The notes under the pieces are model-generated. The model saw nothing but the letters and a program-made list of their open reading frames with translations, searched no databases and was not told the DNA's origin. From IMG/VR virus record IMGVR_UViG_3300017763_004709, positions 1 to 64,000 of that record: a DNA stretch of 64,000 nt; one strand, written 5' to 3'. This document shows, in pieces, positions 30,035-40,428 of the stretch (positions are counted from its first letter, which is position 1; each line of letters opens with the position of its first letter). The translations under genes and the position numbers were made by a program. The stretch comes from a virus.

Positions 30035-31410
30035 TAACCTAAATCCCTGCCTTGCTCTTTACTATCGTCTCCGTACTTGTTTAGTATTCTTCCACCAATA
30101 GCTTTAGACTTATTGGAGTCTATTCGTAGACAGTCCCAATCCATGTGCACATTAAACTTTATAGCTTTACCGTTTCTAATCTTAGCTACTTCAAAAGGCA
30201 AAGCAGTAGGATCTTCCGATAAATCACTAGGCATAAATCTAAAACTTTTATCAGCACTATCAAGAACGCCTTTAGCAAATCTAGCTTCTCCTGATGCATC
30301 AATTTGATATGGAGATATCATAATAACTTTATACTTTCTTGCAAGAGTTTTTAGAGAGTCAGATATATTAATTTGACTTTTCCAATCCATACGGTCTTCA
30401 ACTTTTACAATATTTAAGTAGTCAATAACACACATTTTAATATCATGCTTAGTAGTCATCATATTTAGATAGTGATCTATTCTAGCCAGACTTAATTGTA
30501 CGTCATCAATAATATGGAAACGATTATCTTTAAAAGGGACAACACCTCTTTTAAGTTCTTGATCAAAATTATTAAAGCTACCAGAGGTTAATAAATTACT
30601 GTATATAGAGTCAGATGCCTCACCTGGTTTATAAAAAGTATCTAATTTACTTTTAGCTATAGAAAACTTTTGATCTTTAGTTAAATTATTAAGCATAAAG
30701 TCACTAAAAGGTACTCCACTAATCATACTCATAAGACGATAGTATACTTCTACGTATCGCATCTCAATACTCATGAACATTACAGAATTATTAAGTAGGA
30801 AGTTATTTAAAGCCATATTTAGAGTAATAATAGATTTACCTGAGCCTCTTCTACCTCCAAAAAGTACTAGTTCTTCTAAGCCGAAACCTCCATTTGCAGC
30901 ATCAAAGTCTGTACTTAGACCACTAGGAAACATAACAAAATTATCTTCTTGAGGTACTGTTTCAATAGTTGCTACATCAAACAGTTCTTCTCCTTCTGGA
31001 ATAAATTTTTGTACAGACAGTACATGTTCTTGTATTTTGTCTATGATCTCAGTTTGTTCTAAATTCTCTAAGTCATCTATAAATTTATCAATAAAACCAA
31101 TAGTCTCTTCTCTTATATAATAATCTTGTAATTGAGAAGAAATGAAGTTAGAGTCAATAGAAGTTTCACCTTCTAAAGTAATATCTATCAATTCTGAACG
31201 TAAGTAAGCTTTTGAGCTTTCTTGCTTTTGTATTTCATAGAACTCCTGCATAGAAGGAATTCTTAAGTTTTTAGTATAGAAATTGTTAATTTTTCTAAAC
31301 AGCACAAGATTATTACCTGTGAAATATTTATTCACAAGTTTATTGAAAAAATCAGGGCTCTGAGTTGTTAATAGCCTTTTCAAGGCCAACTTTTGTAAAT
31401 CTACTGACAT
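30034..31410 (-). CDS. DnaB-like replicative helicase
   Basis: GGRRGSGKS, SIEM, IDYL. Confidence 0.92.
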   Translation of the reverse strand: MSVDLQKLALKRLLTTQSPDFFNKLVNKYFTGNNLVLFRKINNFYTKNLRIPSMQEFYEIQKQESSKAYLRSELIDITLEGETSIDSNFISSQLQDYYIREETIGFIDKFIDDLENLEQTEIIDKIQEHVLSVQKFIPEGEELFDVATIETVPQEDNFVMFPSGLSTDFDAANGGFGLEELVLFGGRRGSGKSIITLNMALNNFLLNNSVMFMSIEMRYVEVYYRLMSMISGVPFSDFMLNNLTKDQKFSIAKSKLDTFYKPGEASDSIYSNLLTSGSFNNFDQELKRGVVPFKDNRFHIIDDVQLSLARIDHYLNMMTTKHDIKMCVIDYLNIVKVEDRMDWKSQINISDSLKTLARKYKVIMISPYQIDASGEARFAKGVLDSADKSFRFMPSDLSEDPTALPFEVAKIRNGKAIKFNVHMDWDCLRIDSNKSKAIGGRILNKYGDDSKEQGRDLG

Positions 31411-32166
31411 CTATTTTTTAATTACCGGAAATAATTCATGACGAGGAACAAACATTCTTTGGTGAGAGTAATCACCTTCTATCCATAAAAGATAGCTTTC
31501 TCTTCCATAGTCCTCAATGTGTTTTAATACAGATTTAATATGATTTTTTAAAGAAGGAAGTTTCCAAGTTACTCCGTCTTCTAAAATCCAATAAATATTA
31601 AAGTGTACGTCTTCTACAGGTTCTTTGTGCTTCTTATAATCAAAAGGAGTAAGCTCTACATATTTCTGTACTCCTTGCTGTAAATATTCTATGTATTCTT
31701 CATCCATAGTTTTTTCTATGACAGCAAAACAATTAGTAGGAGCATGAAATACTTTATCCCCCTTAGAAAATCTAATATCTAAGTCTTGAATAACATGATC
31801 TGTTTGAGCTGGAGCACTCTTTTTTCTAGAACGAATAGGCACTCCTAGTTCTAGTAAAAAAGATTTTACTTTTTGAGAAGATATATAATTTCTCTTTGCT
31901 ATGCCGCTTACGCTATCTCCATCTTGATAGTCTTTAGCCATAGTAGTTTTTTCTGCATTAGTAAACTCTTTAGTTTTAGCAGCTTTTTTAAGTCGAAGAG
32001 TTCTCTCTTCTTTTTCTAAAAAGTCATTAATAATATTATCTAATCTTTTAGTGTTATATGCGATACCTAAATGTTCACAAATAGCCTTCTTAGTTTTTTT
32101 ACTTTTAATCATCCAAAGAGCTTGACGTATTTTTGCTTCTGGAATTTCTATATTTTTAATAACCAT
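31411..32166 (-). CDS. T5 D5-like DNA-binding protein
   Basis: TKKAICEHLGI HTH-like segment; position before helicase. Confidence 0.7.
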   Translation of the reverse strand: MVIKNIEIPEAKIRQALWMIKSKKTKKAICEHLGIAYNTKRLDNIINDFLEKEERTLRLKKAAKTKEFTNAEKTTMAKDYQDGDSVSGIAKRNYISSQKVKSFLLELGVPIRSRKKSAPAQTDHVIQDLDIRFSKGDKVFHAPTNCFAVIEKTMDEEYIEYLQQGVQKYVELTPFDYKKHKEPVEDVHFNIYWILEDGVTWKLPSLKNHIKSVLKHIEDYGRESYLLWIEGDYSHQRMFVPRHELFPVIKK

Positions 32167-32192
32167 TTAAGCCTCCATATTAACTTAATACC

Positions 32193-32222
32193 AGTATATA
32201 GTATAGAAGGCCTAAGTGTCAA
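32193..32222 (-). promoter_or_regulatory. Sigma70-type promoter
   Basis: TTGACA-N18-TATACT. Confidence 0.65.
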
Positions 32223-32230
32223 TATATAAT

Positions 32231-32551
32231 TTAATTAATCTGATACTTATACTCTTCCATCATAAAATATAAGTCATTACTTAACTCTCTAACTAGTCCT
32301 GTTTTTGTGTACACACAGGTAAAAGAGTCTGCTATTTCTTCGTCTTGTCTAAACACATATTCTAATGCAAAACTAGCATTATATGCTTTAATTAGCCCTT
32401 CAAACTCTTCCGCTGATTCTACATCTGGATAAAATCTCTTTATTAAGTTGGTAAAGTACATTATCTTATCTTCTCCAGACATATTTAAAATATCTTGAAG
32501 TACTTTGTCAGGTAGATTATGTAAAAATAAAGAACTGTCACTATTACTCAT
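32231..32551 (-). CDS. Hypothetical protein
   Basis: ORF; start moved past terminator. Confidence 0.55.
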   Translation of the reverse strand: MSNSDSSLFLHNLPDKVLQDILNMSGEDKIMYFTNLIKRFYPDVESAEEFEGLIKAYNASFALEYVFRQDEEIADSFTCVYTKTGLVRELSNDLYFMMEEYKYQIN

Positions 32552-32564
32552 TTCGTTATCCCAT

Positions 32565-32595
32565 AAAAAAGGGCACGACAATTGCTTGCCGTGCC
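32565..32595 (-). terminator. Intrinsic terminator after D2
   Basis: GGCACGG...TCGTGCC-CTTTTTT. Confidence 0.75.
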
Positions 32596-32621
32596 AGTTA
32601 TTGCAGTTAGTAATATAACTC

Positions 32622-33317
32622 TTAGGCTTCTAAAGCTTTTGGAGTATAATCTGTTGCAGAAATTCCGCGACGAGTTAACACAGTTTTAACACCGCGCTCA
32701 CTTTTGCCAAATTGATCTGCTAACTCTGCAACACTCATACTGGTTGCCATATCTTCAATTCCTTCATAGGAATCGCTCTTAGCTGCTTTTTTATCACGCT
32801 GAGGTGCTTTAAGCTGCATAGAAAGAAGCTTTCCGCGAACGGAGTTTACAGATTTGCCAAGGGCATCTGCAATATCTTCTAAGAAAGCGCCCGAACCTGC
32901 CATATCAGAAATCTGAGCTTCTTCCGCCTCTGAATAGGTGCGTGGAGCTACTTTTTTCTCAGCTGGTTTAATATGAGCTGTCATTTCTAATGAAAGAGCC
33001 TTGCCGTTAACTTGACGAGAAGTTACTTCACGACCCCACTCACCAGTAAAGTGAGCTGCAATTTCTTCCGCAGTGTGTACACCGCTATTGCCTTCTAGAA
33101 ATGAGGTTAAAGCGGCTGTTTCGTCTGCATCAAATGCAGGAGCTGCTTTAGGTTTTGTTGGAACGTCGTAACCAAGTTTACGAAGTTTTGCCGTTACAGA
33201 ACGACGAGGAAAGTCAAACTCATCGCAAAGAGCGATAATAGTATCTTCCGTAATGCCGCCTGCGCATACTTGCTCCATACGAGCAACCATGTCTTCAGTA
33301 TATTCAAATTTTGCCAT
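32622..33317 (-). CDS. T5 D2-like DNA-binding protein
   Basis: RSVTAKLRKLG, GKALSLEMT and GKSERGVKTVLTRRG repeats as in T5 D2. Confidence 0.85.
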   Translation of the reverse strand: MAKFEYTEDMVARMEQVCAGGITEDTIIALCDEFDFPRRSVTAKLRKLGYDVPTKPKAAPAFDADETAALTSFLEGNSGVHTAEEIAAHFTGEWGREVTSRQVNGKALSLEMTAHIKPAEKKVAPRTYSEAEEAQISDMAGSGAFLEDIADALGKSVNSVRGKLLSMQLKAPQRDKKAAKSDSYEGIEDMATSMSVAELADQFGKSERGVKTVLTRRGISATDYTPKALEA

Positions 33318-33387
33318 TTTTATTCCCCTCTGGTTTCAAATGTTTTGTGTTATTAATAAATGTGAAACTTTTTGTTTCGATAAGATG

Positions 33388-33416
33388 ATATTATCAAATA
33401 TCAGTATACTTAGCAA
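33388..33416 (-). promoter_or_regulatory. Sigma70-type promoter
   Basis: TTGCTA-N17-TAATAT with extended TG. Confidence 0.65.
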
Positions 33417-33491
33417 GAAAAATATGAAAGTGTTTTTGTTTTTTGGTTGTTATTTTATAAATTGCTAAATTCATATATTTGTAATTTTATC

Positions 33492-33806
33492 TTATATTAC
33501 TATCTTACCTTTTAAAGCATCAACAAGCAACTCTAAATTTGCTTTTTTTGTCAGGTTTAGACCTTCTATTTCAATTTCTAACATTTCTTCTATGTCTCTA
33601 ATCATAGTTTTTACGCTACGCTTATCTTCTTTTTCTTCTTCTGGTTTTCTGTATATCTTCATTTGAACCAGTTTACTTATTACACTTCTGTGTCCTTTTT
33701 TAAAGTGATCTGCTACGTCATATACGTCTAGTCCTTGATCTACATATAATCTTGTTAGAATCTCTTCTTCTTCATCACTCCAGGCTTTATTAGATTTAGT
33801 AGCCAT
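33492..33806 (-). CDS. T5 D3-like DNA-binding protein
   Basis: WSDEEE...RSVISKL..MKIY HTH; next to D2. Confidence 0.65.
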   Translation of the reverse strand: MATKSNKAWSDEEEEILTRLYVDQGLDVYDVADHFKKGHRSVISKLVQMKIYRKPEEEKEDKRSVKTMIRDIEEMLEIEIEGLNLTKKANLELLVDALKGKIVI

Positions 33807-34090
33807 TAAGATTCTCCTTCATCTTCAAATAATTCTAGTTGTTTACTTTTAATCTTACTTAAATAAGTTTTGGTAAGTATATCTCCCGCCTTGTCTAGAA
33901 GGTGAGCAGCCATATCTACAAATTCGGGTCTTAAAGCTAATCCCTTTTTAGTAGGGAACCAGTTACCCGTATCTCCGTCTCTCATATACTCTCTTATATG
34001 AATATACTCTTGACCTCTAAATTCGTTTATAGTTATTTTTATAGCTTTATCTTCTGTTATATAACCTACAAAACCTAAATCAATTTCCAT
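33806..34090 (-). CDS. PC4/p15-like ssDNA-binding protein
   Basis: EFRGQEYIHIREY...WFPTKKG. Confidence 0.88.
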   Translation of the reverse strand: MEIDLGFVGYITEDKAIKITINEFRGQEYIHIREYMRDGDTGNWFPTKKGLALRPEFVDMAAHLLDKAGDILTKTYLSKIKSKQLELFEDEGES

Positions 34091-35213
34091 GAACTCTTTT
34101 TATCCTTGGATAATCATGTATCTTTTTAAGAGCATGATTATACATAATTCCTGCTTCTTCCCAGTTTTTTATTTTACTACTTTTAGGAATAGCACGTTTC
34201 TTCGTATCGTATAACATTTTCATTTTAGATATCAAGTCTTGAACTTCTGGTTCTACTAACCAAGTATGAGAGCCCATTAAGTTAAAGCTATCTCCTGGTT
34301 TCCCTGCAAAAATATTATTAATGTCTACGATTTTTTGAGAAGACTTTATTTTATAATCTGTAACAAATTCATCAGTACAGCCTCCTCCAGTAACTAAAGG
34401 AATAGTCCCACAAGCTATTGCTTCTTGAACAGGCATTCCAAAACCCTCTCCTCTATAAGGATGAACTAGTACGTCCACACTTCTATATAAATCTGCCATA
34501 TCTTTTTCTGAATAAGGATCATCTATATAAGTTATTTTAGCTAAGCTATTAGTGTACTGTAGTTTAATTAATTGTTCTTGTAAGGCTGTTTTTCCATAAA
34601 CTTGAGGGGTGTCTTTTACTATAAGCTCTACATTATCTTCTTTTTTAAATGTATTAGCCCATGCTTGTAGTAATATATCAAAACCTTTTCTATATTGATC
34701 ACATCCTACAAATAAGAAAGTATATTTATCTCTTTTAGGAGTATCTCTGTCTACATAAAAGATACTTGGATCATATCCTATAGGTATACAAAAAAGCCTT
34801 TCTGGGTTAATACCGCCTTCTTGATATACTGCACCTGTCCAGCGAGTAAAAGTAATAAGAGCATCTGCAAAAGTTTCAAATTTGTATTGCCACTCAAAAG
34901 GCACTTTTGTAAACTCCCAAGGCTGTATATATACTACTTTTGTATCATTAGAATGAGGCCATCTCCATATAGGAGGATAACTATGCCTTATTTGTATATC
35001 AGGAACTACAGCAGTCTCCTCTTTAGGAAGTAAATTTTCTAAGTTTTGTAATGTTTCTTGGCTAAGTTTAGCCTCTGAAGTAAAACTATCTATAGGAGAA
35101 ATAACTACATTGTTATACTTAGATAATTCAATAGCTAAGTACCTATTTACAATAGACAAAGAGTGGTTATCATAAAATTTACCTATAATTTCTAAATTCA
35201 TATTATTTTGCAT
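34080..35213 (-). CDS. GT4 (GT-B) glycosyltransferase
   Basis: RKGFDILL, PYRGEGFGMPVQEAIACG. Confidence 0.9.
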   Translation of the reverse strand: MQNNMNLEIIGKFYDNHSLSIVNRYLAIELSKYNNVVISPIDSFTSEAKLSQETLQNLENLLPKEETAVVPDIQIRHSYPPIWRWPHSNDTKVVYIQPWEFTKVPFEWQYKFETFADALITFTRWTGAVYQEGGINPERLFCIPIGYDPSIFYVDRDTPKRDKYTFLFVGCDQYRKGFDILLQAWANTFKKEDNVELIVKDTPQVYGKTALQEQLIKLQYTNSLAKITYIDDPYSEKDMADLYRSVDVLVHPYRGEGFGMPVQEAIACGTIPLVTGGGCTDEFVTDYKIKSSQKIVDINNIFAGKPGDSFNLMGSHTWLVEPEVQDLISKMKMLYDTKKRAIPKSSKIKNWEEAGIMYNHALKKIHDYPRIKRVHGN

Positions 35214-36030
35214 ACATAATCACCGCTTGTTCTTTACAATAGTTTAGTAGGTCTTTTTCTTTAATTTTTAATAGAGACTCCCATTGAGGGCCCATATTGC
35301 TAGTTTTAAAGTTTTTTAACTGTGTGTAGTTGTTAATATCTACTTTAGCTTGTATATCATAAAACGGGTCTTGTTTACTCTCAATACTGTGTCCAAAGTT
35401 ATTAATTTTTAAATCTAATTCATTTTCTGGTCTACAGAAGCTCCAATGTAATATAGCCAAAGGAGATTGAATTCTCTTTTGATTATTAGTCCATCTACAA
35501 TAATTAAATGTATTATGTTTTAAAGTAGTAAAACCTTGAACTTCATTATTAGGAATACTCTTTCTATCCTCTTTTGATATCACTAGTATTTCACCGTCTC
35601 CAACTCTTTTATAAGGCAAAACCCAATAAAACATTAAGTCTACATCATAATTCTCTACTATAGGACAAAACTTATTAAAAAAGTCATCTGCATTTATTAG
35701 TATTTCATCAGCATCAAAAGAAAAAATCCAATCGTTAGAACATTGCTCTTTTAAAAAGTTTCTTTCATAGTTATCATTTTCAATAGGTACAGCGCTTCTA
35801 TGAAAGTTTCCTTCTACTACTTCTATTTTATTATCGCCATCAATACTACTTAGCTCTTTCCATAACTTATCTTCATCAAAAGAAAACTTATTACCGCTCC
35901 AAGATATTCTATCTTTATCTAATCCTAATATTATTTCATCTACATAGTTATAATAACTTTTTATAGAACTTACTAAATAACTAGCATCGTAAGATATTAG
36001 ACTGATTACACTTTTTTTACGCATTTTCAA
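35203..36030 (-). CDS. GT2-like glycosyltransferase
   Basis: YVDEII, DWIFSFDADE. Confidence 0.75.
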   Translation of the reverse strand: MKMRKKSVISLISYDASYLVSSIKSYYNYVDEIILGLDKDRISWSGNKFSFDEDKLWKELSSIDGDNKIEVVEGNFHRSAVPIENDNYERNFLKEQCSNDWIFSFDADEILINADDFFNKFCPIVENYDVDLMFYWVLPYKRVGDGEILVISKEDRKSIPNNEVQGFTTLKHNTFNYCRWTNNQKRIQSPLAILHWSFCRPENELDLKINNFGHSIESKQDPFYDIQAKVDINNYTQLKNFKTSNMGPQWESLLKIKEKDLLNYCKEQAVIMYAK

Positions 36031-36787
36031 CTACTCTGTCTACTGTTTCAAATTCTTTTTTGCCTATCCATTTATCCATGAATATTGATCTATTTATAGA
36101 CCATTTTTCTTGAAGATTCGGATTTTGAGCTAATAGTCTTTTGTTATCTTTTCCTTCAAAATGAAGTAACGGAATACCCGTTTGATAAATTTTATGGCCA
36201 GCGCGGCGGGCAGAAAGACACCAATCCACATCACGATAGTAAGTCCAATAGAACTCAGGATCAAAATTACCAACGGAATTCCTAACAGAAGCTTTGAGGT
36301 AAACTCCGCCCATAGTAACCCAGGCAACTTCTCTGACTTTGTCGTATTGGCCCTCATCGATTTCCAATTCTTGATTTGCTTTTCCATCATAGAGGTTAAG
36401 TCCTCCTCCGAAATGTACTGCTTCACCATTTTTACTAAATCTCCCACCAGCGTGCTGAATTATATATTTATTTTCCTCAGTTTTTTGAGGATATAAAAGT
36501 TTCATTCCAAATATATCAGCTTCTGGATATTTAACTACAGTATTTATTAATTCTGTATACCATTTATTTTCTGTATCCTCTTGAAGAGGCAACATATCTG
36601 CATGTAATATAATTACATCTCTATGCTTATGTTTATTCCATAGATACTGATAAGCCATATCACTGCCTATCTGACCTGTATCTTGCCAAAACTCATATTC
36701 AAGCTTCCATCCAAGGGCGGCTTTTAATTGTTGTATCTCTTGTTCAAATAAATAAGGAACTATAATAATAGGATTAGGAGTTGTCAT
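36017..36787 (-). CDS. GT2-like glycosyltransferase
   Basis: IQHAGG, VGNFDPEF..YYRDVDWC. Confidence 0.8.
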   Translation of the reverse strand: MTTPNPIIIVPYLFEQEIQQLKAALGWKLEYEFWQDTGQIGSDMAYQYLWNKHKHRDVIILHADMLPLQEDTENKWYTELINTVVKYPEADIFGMKLLYPQKTEENKYIIQHAGGRFSKNGEAVHFGGGLNLYDGKANQELEIDEGQYDKVREVAWVTMGGVYLKASVRNSVGNFDPEFYWTYYRDVDWCLSARRAGHKIYQTGIPLLHFEGKDNKRLLAQNPNLQEKWSINRSIFMDKWIGKKEFETVDRVVENA

Positions 36788-37763
36788 TATAAATATCTAA
36801 CCAATTTTTAAATTCGTCTAATACGCTCTCAGCGCTATGAGTTTTAGTACAAGCAAAACTAGTACTAGTATGGGGGCAATGTCTGGGCCAAAAAGTAAAG
36901 TTAGCTGTGGGATTGCCAGGCTCTGTGTTAGTATCGGCATCTTTACTTAGTTTAGGAACTACACACTTAAAATCTCCACAATGATTATTAGTAGACGGTT
37001 TTATAGTTTTATGATATCCATCAGAATAAAACTCAGGACTATCGTACTCTGTAGGAAACACACTAGGAATACTAATAGTATTTACGTCCATAGCTGCCGA
37101 AGCATGCACTAAAGATCCTAAAGGAGATATAAATAAGTTTTGACGCTTTAATATCTGTAAAGATTGATATAAATTAAAATTTCCACACTCTATGCCTAAA
37201 AAAGATAGCTCATGTTCTATATTTTTATTAGTCAGTATCTCTCTTATGCCTTGTATTATATCTAATCTCATTGTTTCTGACTGTAATTTTCTATTCCAGT
37301 CTAAAGGGCCTGACATACCTATTCTTAATATTTTATCATCAGGCTTAACAGAGTCTATGTTTAGTATGGTGTTACCGTCTAAAAACTGATCTTCGGTAAT
37401 GTATTCTTTTATAGGTAAATTAGCACTCTTAGAAATTCCTAAATCTGAAAACCACCGCCAGTGTAAAAACATTTTATCTACTTTTTTAAACTGATCTTCG
37501 CTTTTATTTAAGTTTACGTTTTTTACTTGACCTCTATTATCAAATTCTATTAATCCTATAGAATCTAACCAAGGCTGTTTACTAATAACTTCTAAAACTT
37601 CTGATATACCACTAGGTTGTTCATGAGTAGTAAGCATAAAATTACTTCTTAAACAATAACTTACTAAATGATCAGGGTTATTTTCTTTATATCTTCTAGC
37701 AGCATTTATGCCTAGAATTACGTCTCCGAATGCTTGTGTGTTTGCAAATAGTACATGAGTCAT
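36774..37763 (-). CDS. GT9 (heptosyltransferase-like) protein
   Basis: AFGDVIL N-terminal motif; LFISP..S.VHASAA C-terminal motif. Confidence 0.6.
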   Translation of the reverse strand: MTHVLFANTQAFGDVILGINAARRYKENNPDHLVSYCLRSNFMLTTHEQPSGISEVLEVISKQPWLDSIGLIEFDNRGQVKNVNLNKSEDQFKKVDKMFLHWRWFSDLGISKSANLPIKEYITEDQFLDGNTILNIDSVKPDDKILRIGMSGPLDWNRKLQSETMRLDIIQGIREILTNKNIEHELSFLGIECGNFNLYQSLQILKRQNLFISPLGSLVHASAAMDVNTISIPSVFPTEYDSPEFYSDGYHKTIKPSTNNHCGDFKCVVPKLSKDADTNTEPGNPTANFTFWPRHCPHTSTSFACTKTHSAESVLDEFKNWLDIYNDNS

Positions 37764-38791
37764 TTATTAAATAGCCTATCTGTCCATGTTTTAGGTGTTT
37801 TATCATTTATTATTTCTAAATCTATATGATAATCAAAGTCTCTAGTAGTTTGGTCTCTCATCCACACCACAGTATCTCTTATAGTTTCTTCAATATCTGT
37901 GTCTGCTTTATAGTTTAGTACGTCCTCTGCCTTATCAGTAGATACCCAAGCATTTTTTACTTCTCTAGGTCTTTCAGGAACAAAGTTTATTTCTGCAGTT
38001 TTGTTAAAATATTTAGCTACTTTATTTGCTAGTGCTGCTATAGAAGTTTCGGTTCCATGGCTAGGACCTATATTAAATACTTCTTTGCTTTCTATTTTAT
38101 CTCTTTTATTATAAACTGTTACAAAAGCTTCTACACAATCTTTTACATGAGAAAAAGATCTTTTTTGTGTTCCGTCACCATAAATATATACAGGTTTATC
38201 TTTAGATATTAGATTTGCAAAAATACTCATAACGTTTCTAAAAGGATCACTATAGCACTGATGAGGGCCGCACACATTATGAGGAACCATATGAAATACT
38301 TTTATTCCATGAATGTCACTCATTAAATTTAAATGCTGCTCTGCGTGTAATTTAGCTAAGCCATAAGGATCTACAGGATTAGGAGTATGATCTTCTTGAA
38401 AAGGAGGATTTCCTTCGCCATATCTTGCCATAGAAGTGGTATTTATAAACATAGGTACATTATTACTTACAGAAGCACTACACACAGAAGCTGTTCCTGC
38501 ATATATGTTCTCAACTATTTTTTTAGGAGAAAAAACACTTAATCCTTCGTGGGCTAAAGCAGCACAGTGTATTACAAGCACAGGAGAGTAAATACCCATT
38601 ACATTAGACAGCTCTTTAGTATCTAGTATGTCTTGCTCATAATAAAAAAAGTTTTTATTATCAGGCATGTTGGTTATATAGCCACCTATTAAAGAGTCTA
38701 TACCTATTACTCTGTACCCTAACTCTAAATACTTATAACATAGATGACTACCTATTAATCCTGCAGATCCTGTAATTACAACTGATTCCAT
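37760..38791 (-). CDS. NAD-dependent nucleotide-sugar epimerase/dehydratase
   Basis: ITGSAGLIGSH, YGLAK, YGDGTQKRSF. Confidence 0.92.
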   Translation of the reverse strand: MESVVITGSAGLIGSHLCYKYLELGYRVIGIDSLIGGYITNMPDNKNFFYYEQDILDTKELSNVMGIYSPVLVIHCAALAHEGLSVFSPKKIVENIYAGTASVCSASVSNNVPMFINTTSMARYGEGNPPFQEDHTPNPVDPYGLAKLHAEQHLNLMSDIHGIKVFHMVPHNVCGPHQCYSDPFRNVMSIFANLISKDKPVYIYGDGTQKRSFSHVKDCVEAFVTVYNKRDKIESKEVFNIGPSHGTETSIAALANKVAKYFNKTAEINFVPERPREVKNAWVSTDKAEDVLNYKADTDIEETIRDTVVWMRDQTTRDFDYHIDLEIINDKTPKTWTDRLFNK

Positions 38792-39549
38792 ACGTCATTC
38801 CAATCTACTAAGGGGGTTACACAATTATCTTGTAGGTGTGTAGCAGTTCCAGGTAAAGGACAAACAGCTACATTCTGTCTAAAAGCTTTCCAGGTCCAAG
38901 AGTCGTCTGAAAACAAACCTGCTTGAAGTATAGAAAACTTAAAAGGTAAGAATGTTTTTCCTTTTGCGGCTAAAGTTAAAGTAGCACTGCTAACTGTTTT
39001 TAAGTGACAGTCAGGTCCTACTAATACTTCTACTGTTCTGTCTTTATCAAAATACCTATCTGGATAGTCATAAGGCAAATAAAAACCTTCATACCCTGCT
39101 TTAAAAACATTTTTCATAGTTTTTATGGCAGTTTTAGTATGAAGGTAATCGTCTTCGCATAAATATATTAGCTCTTCAGTATTTGCTTCTGCTATTTCTA
39201 TTAAATTTTCCATTAACGGAATACAAGTATTTATTGTAACAGGATGATACTGAGGATAAGGATGCTCCCCAAATGGGGGTACTTCAGTTCTGTTAGGTAT
39301 ATCTTTTATTTCTAATTTAGTAGGTATAGAGCAGGTTTCTCGCATCCAAGATTTAGTTTCTTCAGTAACTGTATCTGCTAATACTATAATCTTATCGTCC
39401 CAGCCTTCTAAATCTTGTTGTAAAGAAAGCCAACATTTTCTAAAGATTTCATCTTTCTTTTTTCCATTCCATCTAGCTTTATCTTGTGAGCCGTCTGATA
39501 TACTTCCTGGAGACTTATTAGCTTCTGAAGCTCTATATATTATTATCAT
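38776..39549 (-). CDS. GT-A-like protein
   Basis: IYLCEDDYLH, YDYPDRY. Confidence 0.6.
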   Translation of the reverse strand: MIIIYRASEANKSPGSISDGSQDKARWNGKKKDEIFRKCWLSLQQDLEGWDDKIIVLADTVTEETKSWMRETCSIPTKLEIKDIPNRTEVPPFGEHPYPQYHPVTINTCIPLMENLIEIAEANTEELIYLCEDDYLHTKTAIKTMKNVFKAGYEGFYLPYDYPDRYFDKDRTVEVLVGPDCHLKTVSSATLTLAAKGKTFLPFKFSILQAGLFSDDSWTWKAFRQNVAVCPLPGTATHLQDNCVTPLVDWNDVWNQL

Positions 39550-40142
39550 TTTGTTACTTTTTTTCTTGAGAAATTTCTATATTCATCAATAATACTTATA
39601 ATATAAGGATCTAAAGGTTCTATACCTTCTCTTACAAATTTTTCTATTTCGTCTTTTTGATTATTATTAAAGTTACTTTTATAAATAGAAGAACGATATA
39701 CTCCTCTTGTTTTAGAAGGATTACCAAACACTTTAGAGAAAGGTTTTACATCTTTTATTATGGGCGAAAATGTTCCTATAAAAGAATGACTACCTACTGT
39801 AGAGTAATTTTGTATATGAGCATTATACTCTATATAAACATTATTTTGAATAACACTATGAAAACCTAAGTAACAACAACCTGTTATAGTATTATTATTG
39901 CCTATCAAAGTATCACTATTAATAGTAGTACTTGGGCCTATATAATTGCCACTTCCTATAACAGTATTCTCTCTGTAACCAGTTGCGCAGTTAATAACAC
40001 ATGCTGAAAGTATGGTATTGTTTTTACCTAGAGATATTCCATATTTATCATCTTTTACTAAAAACACCACTGAAGGGTCAATAGTATTAGAAGAATCTAT
40101 AGAAAATTCTATAATAGCTTTGGAGGCAGAGTATACTTTCAT
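39546..40142 (-). CDS. LpxA-like hexapeptide-repeat acyltransferase
   Basis: Hexapeptide repeats; KDVKPFSKVFGNP resembles LpxA DVPP...GN. Confidence 0.65.
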   Translation of the reverse strand: MKVYSASKAIIEFSIDSSNTIDPSVVFLVKDDKYGISLGKNNTILSACVINCATGYRENTVIGSGNYIGPSTTINSDTLIGNNNTITGCCYLGFHSVIQNNVYIEYNAHIQNYSTVGSHSFIGTFSPIIKDVKPFSKVFGNPSKTRGVYRSSIYKSNFNNNQKDEIEKFVREGIEPLDPYIISIIDEYRNFSRKKVTK

Positions 40143-40164
40143 AGTGCTATTCAAAATAATGAGT

Positions 40165-40428
40165 GTCACTTTTTCTGTTGCTAGGCAAGTGACCAGCCCC
40201 CTTAATCATGCAGCTAGTGCGTAATTAGATGGTGCAAAGTTATCGTTTGCGTTTGTAGTTTTTGGCTGAATATCGTAGGCCAACACGGTAATCTACTCTC
40301 ATCTCTACACACCTGTCGATCCTAGTTCAGCCCCATAAGAAACACACTTATCTTAATGTGTTTATGGTGGAGCTGTCGGGTACTGCCCCCGAGTCCAGTA
40401 TGTATGTTGAATTGTATCAACGATTACA
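40165..40428 (-). ncRNA. ssrA: Two-piece (circularly permuted) tmRNA
   Basis: Acceptor piece ending GGCAGTACCCGACAGCTCCACCA (3' end 40365), 30-nt spacer, coding piece starting GGGGCTGAA (40334); tag ANDNFAPSNYALAA* at 40250-40206; outer ends approximate. Confidence 0.93.

Noticed and set aside
36130-36496. Two extra overlapping ORFs inside the GT2 gene
   Set aside because: Explained by a locally GC-richer patch; no RBS or recognisable motifs
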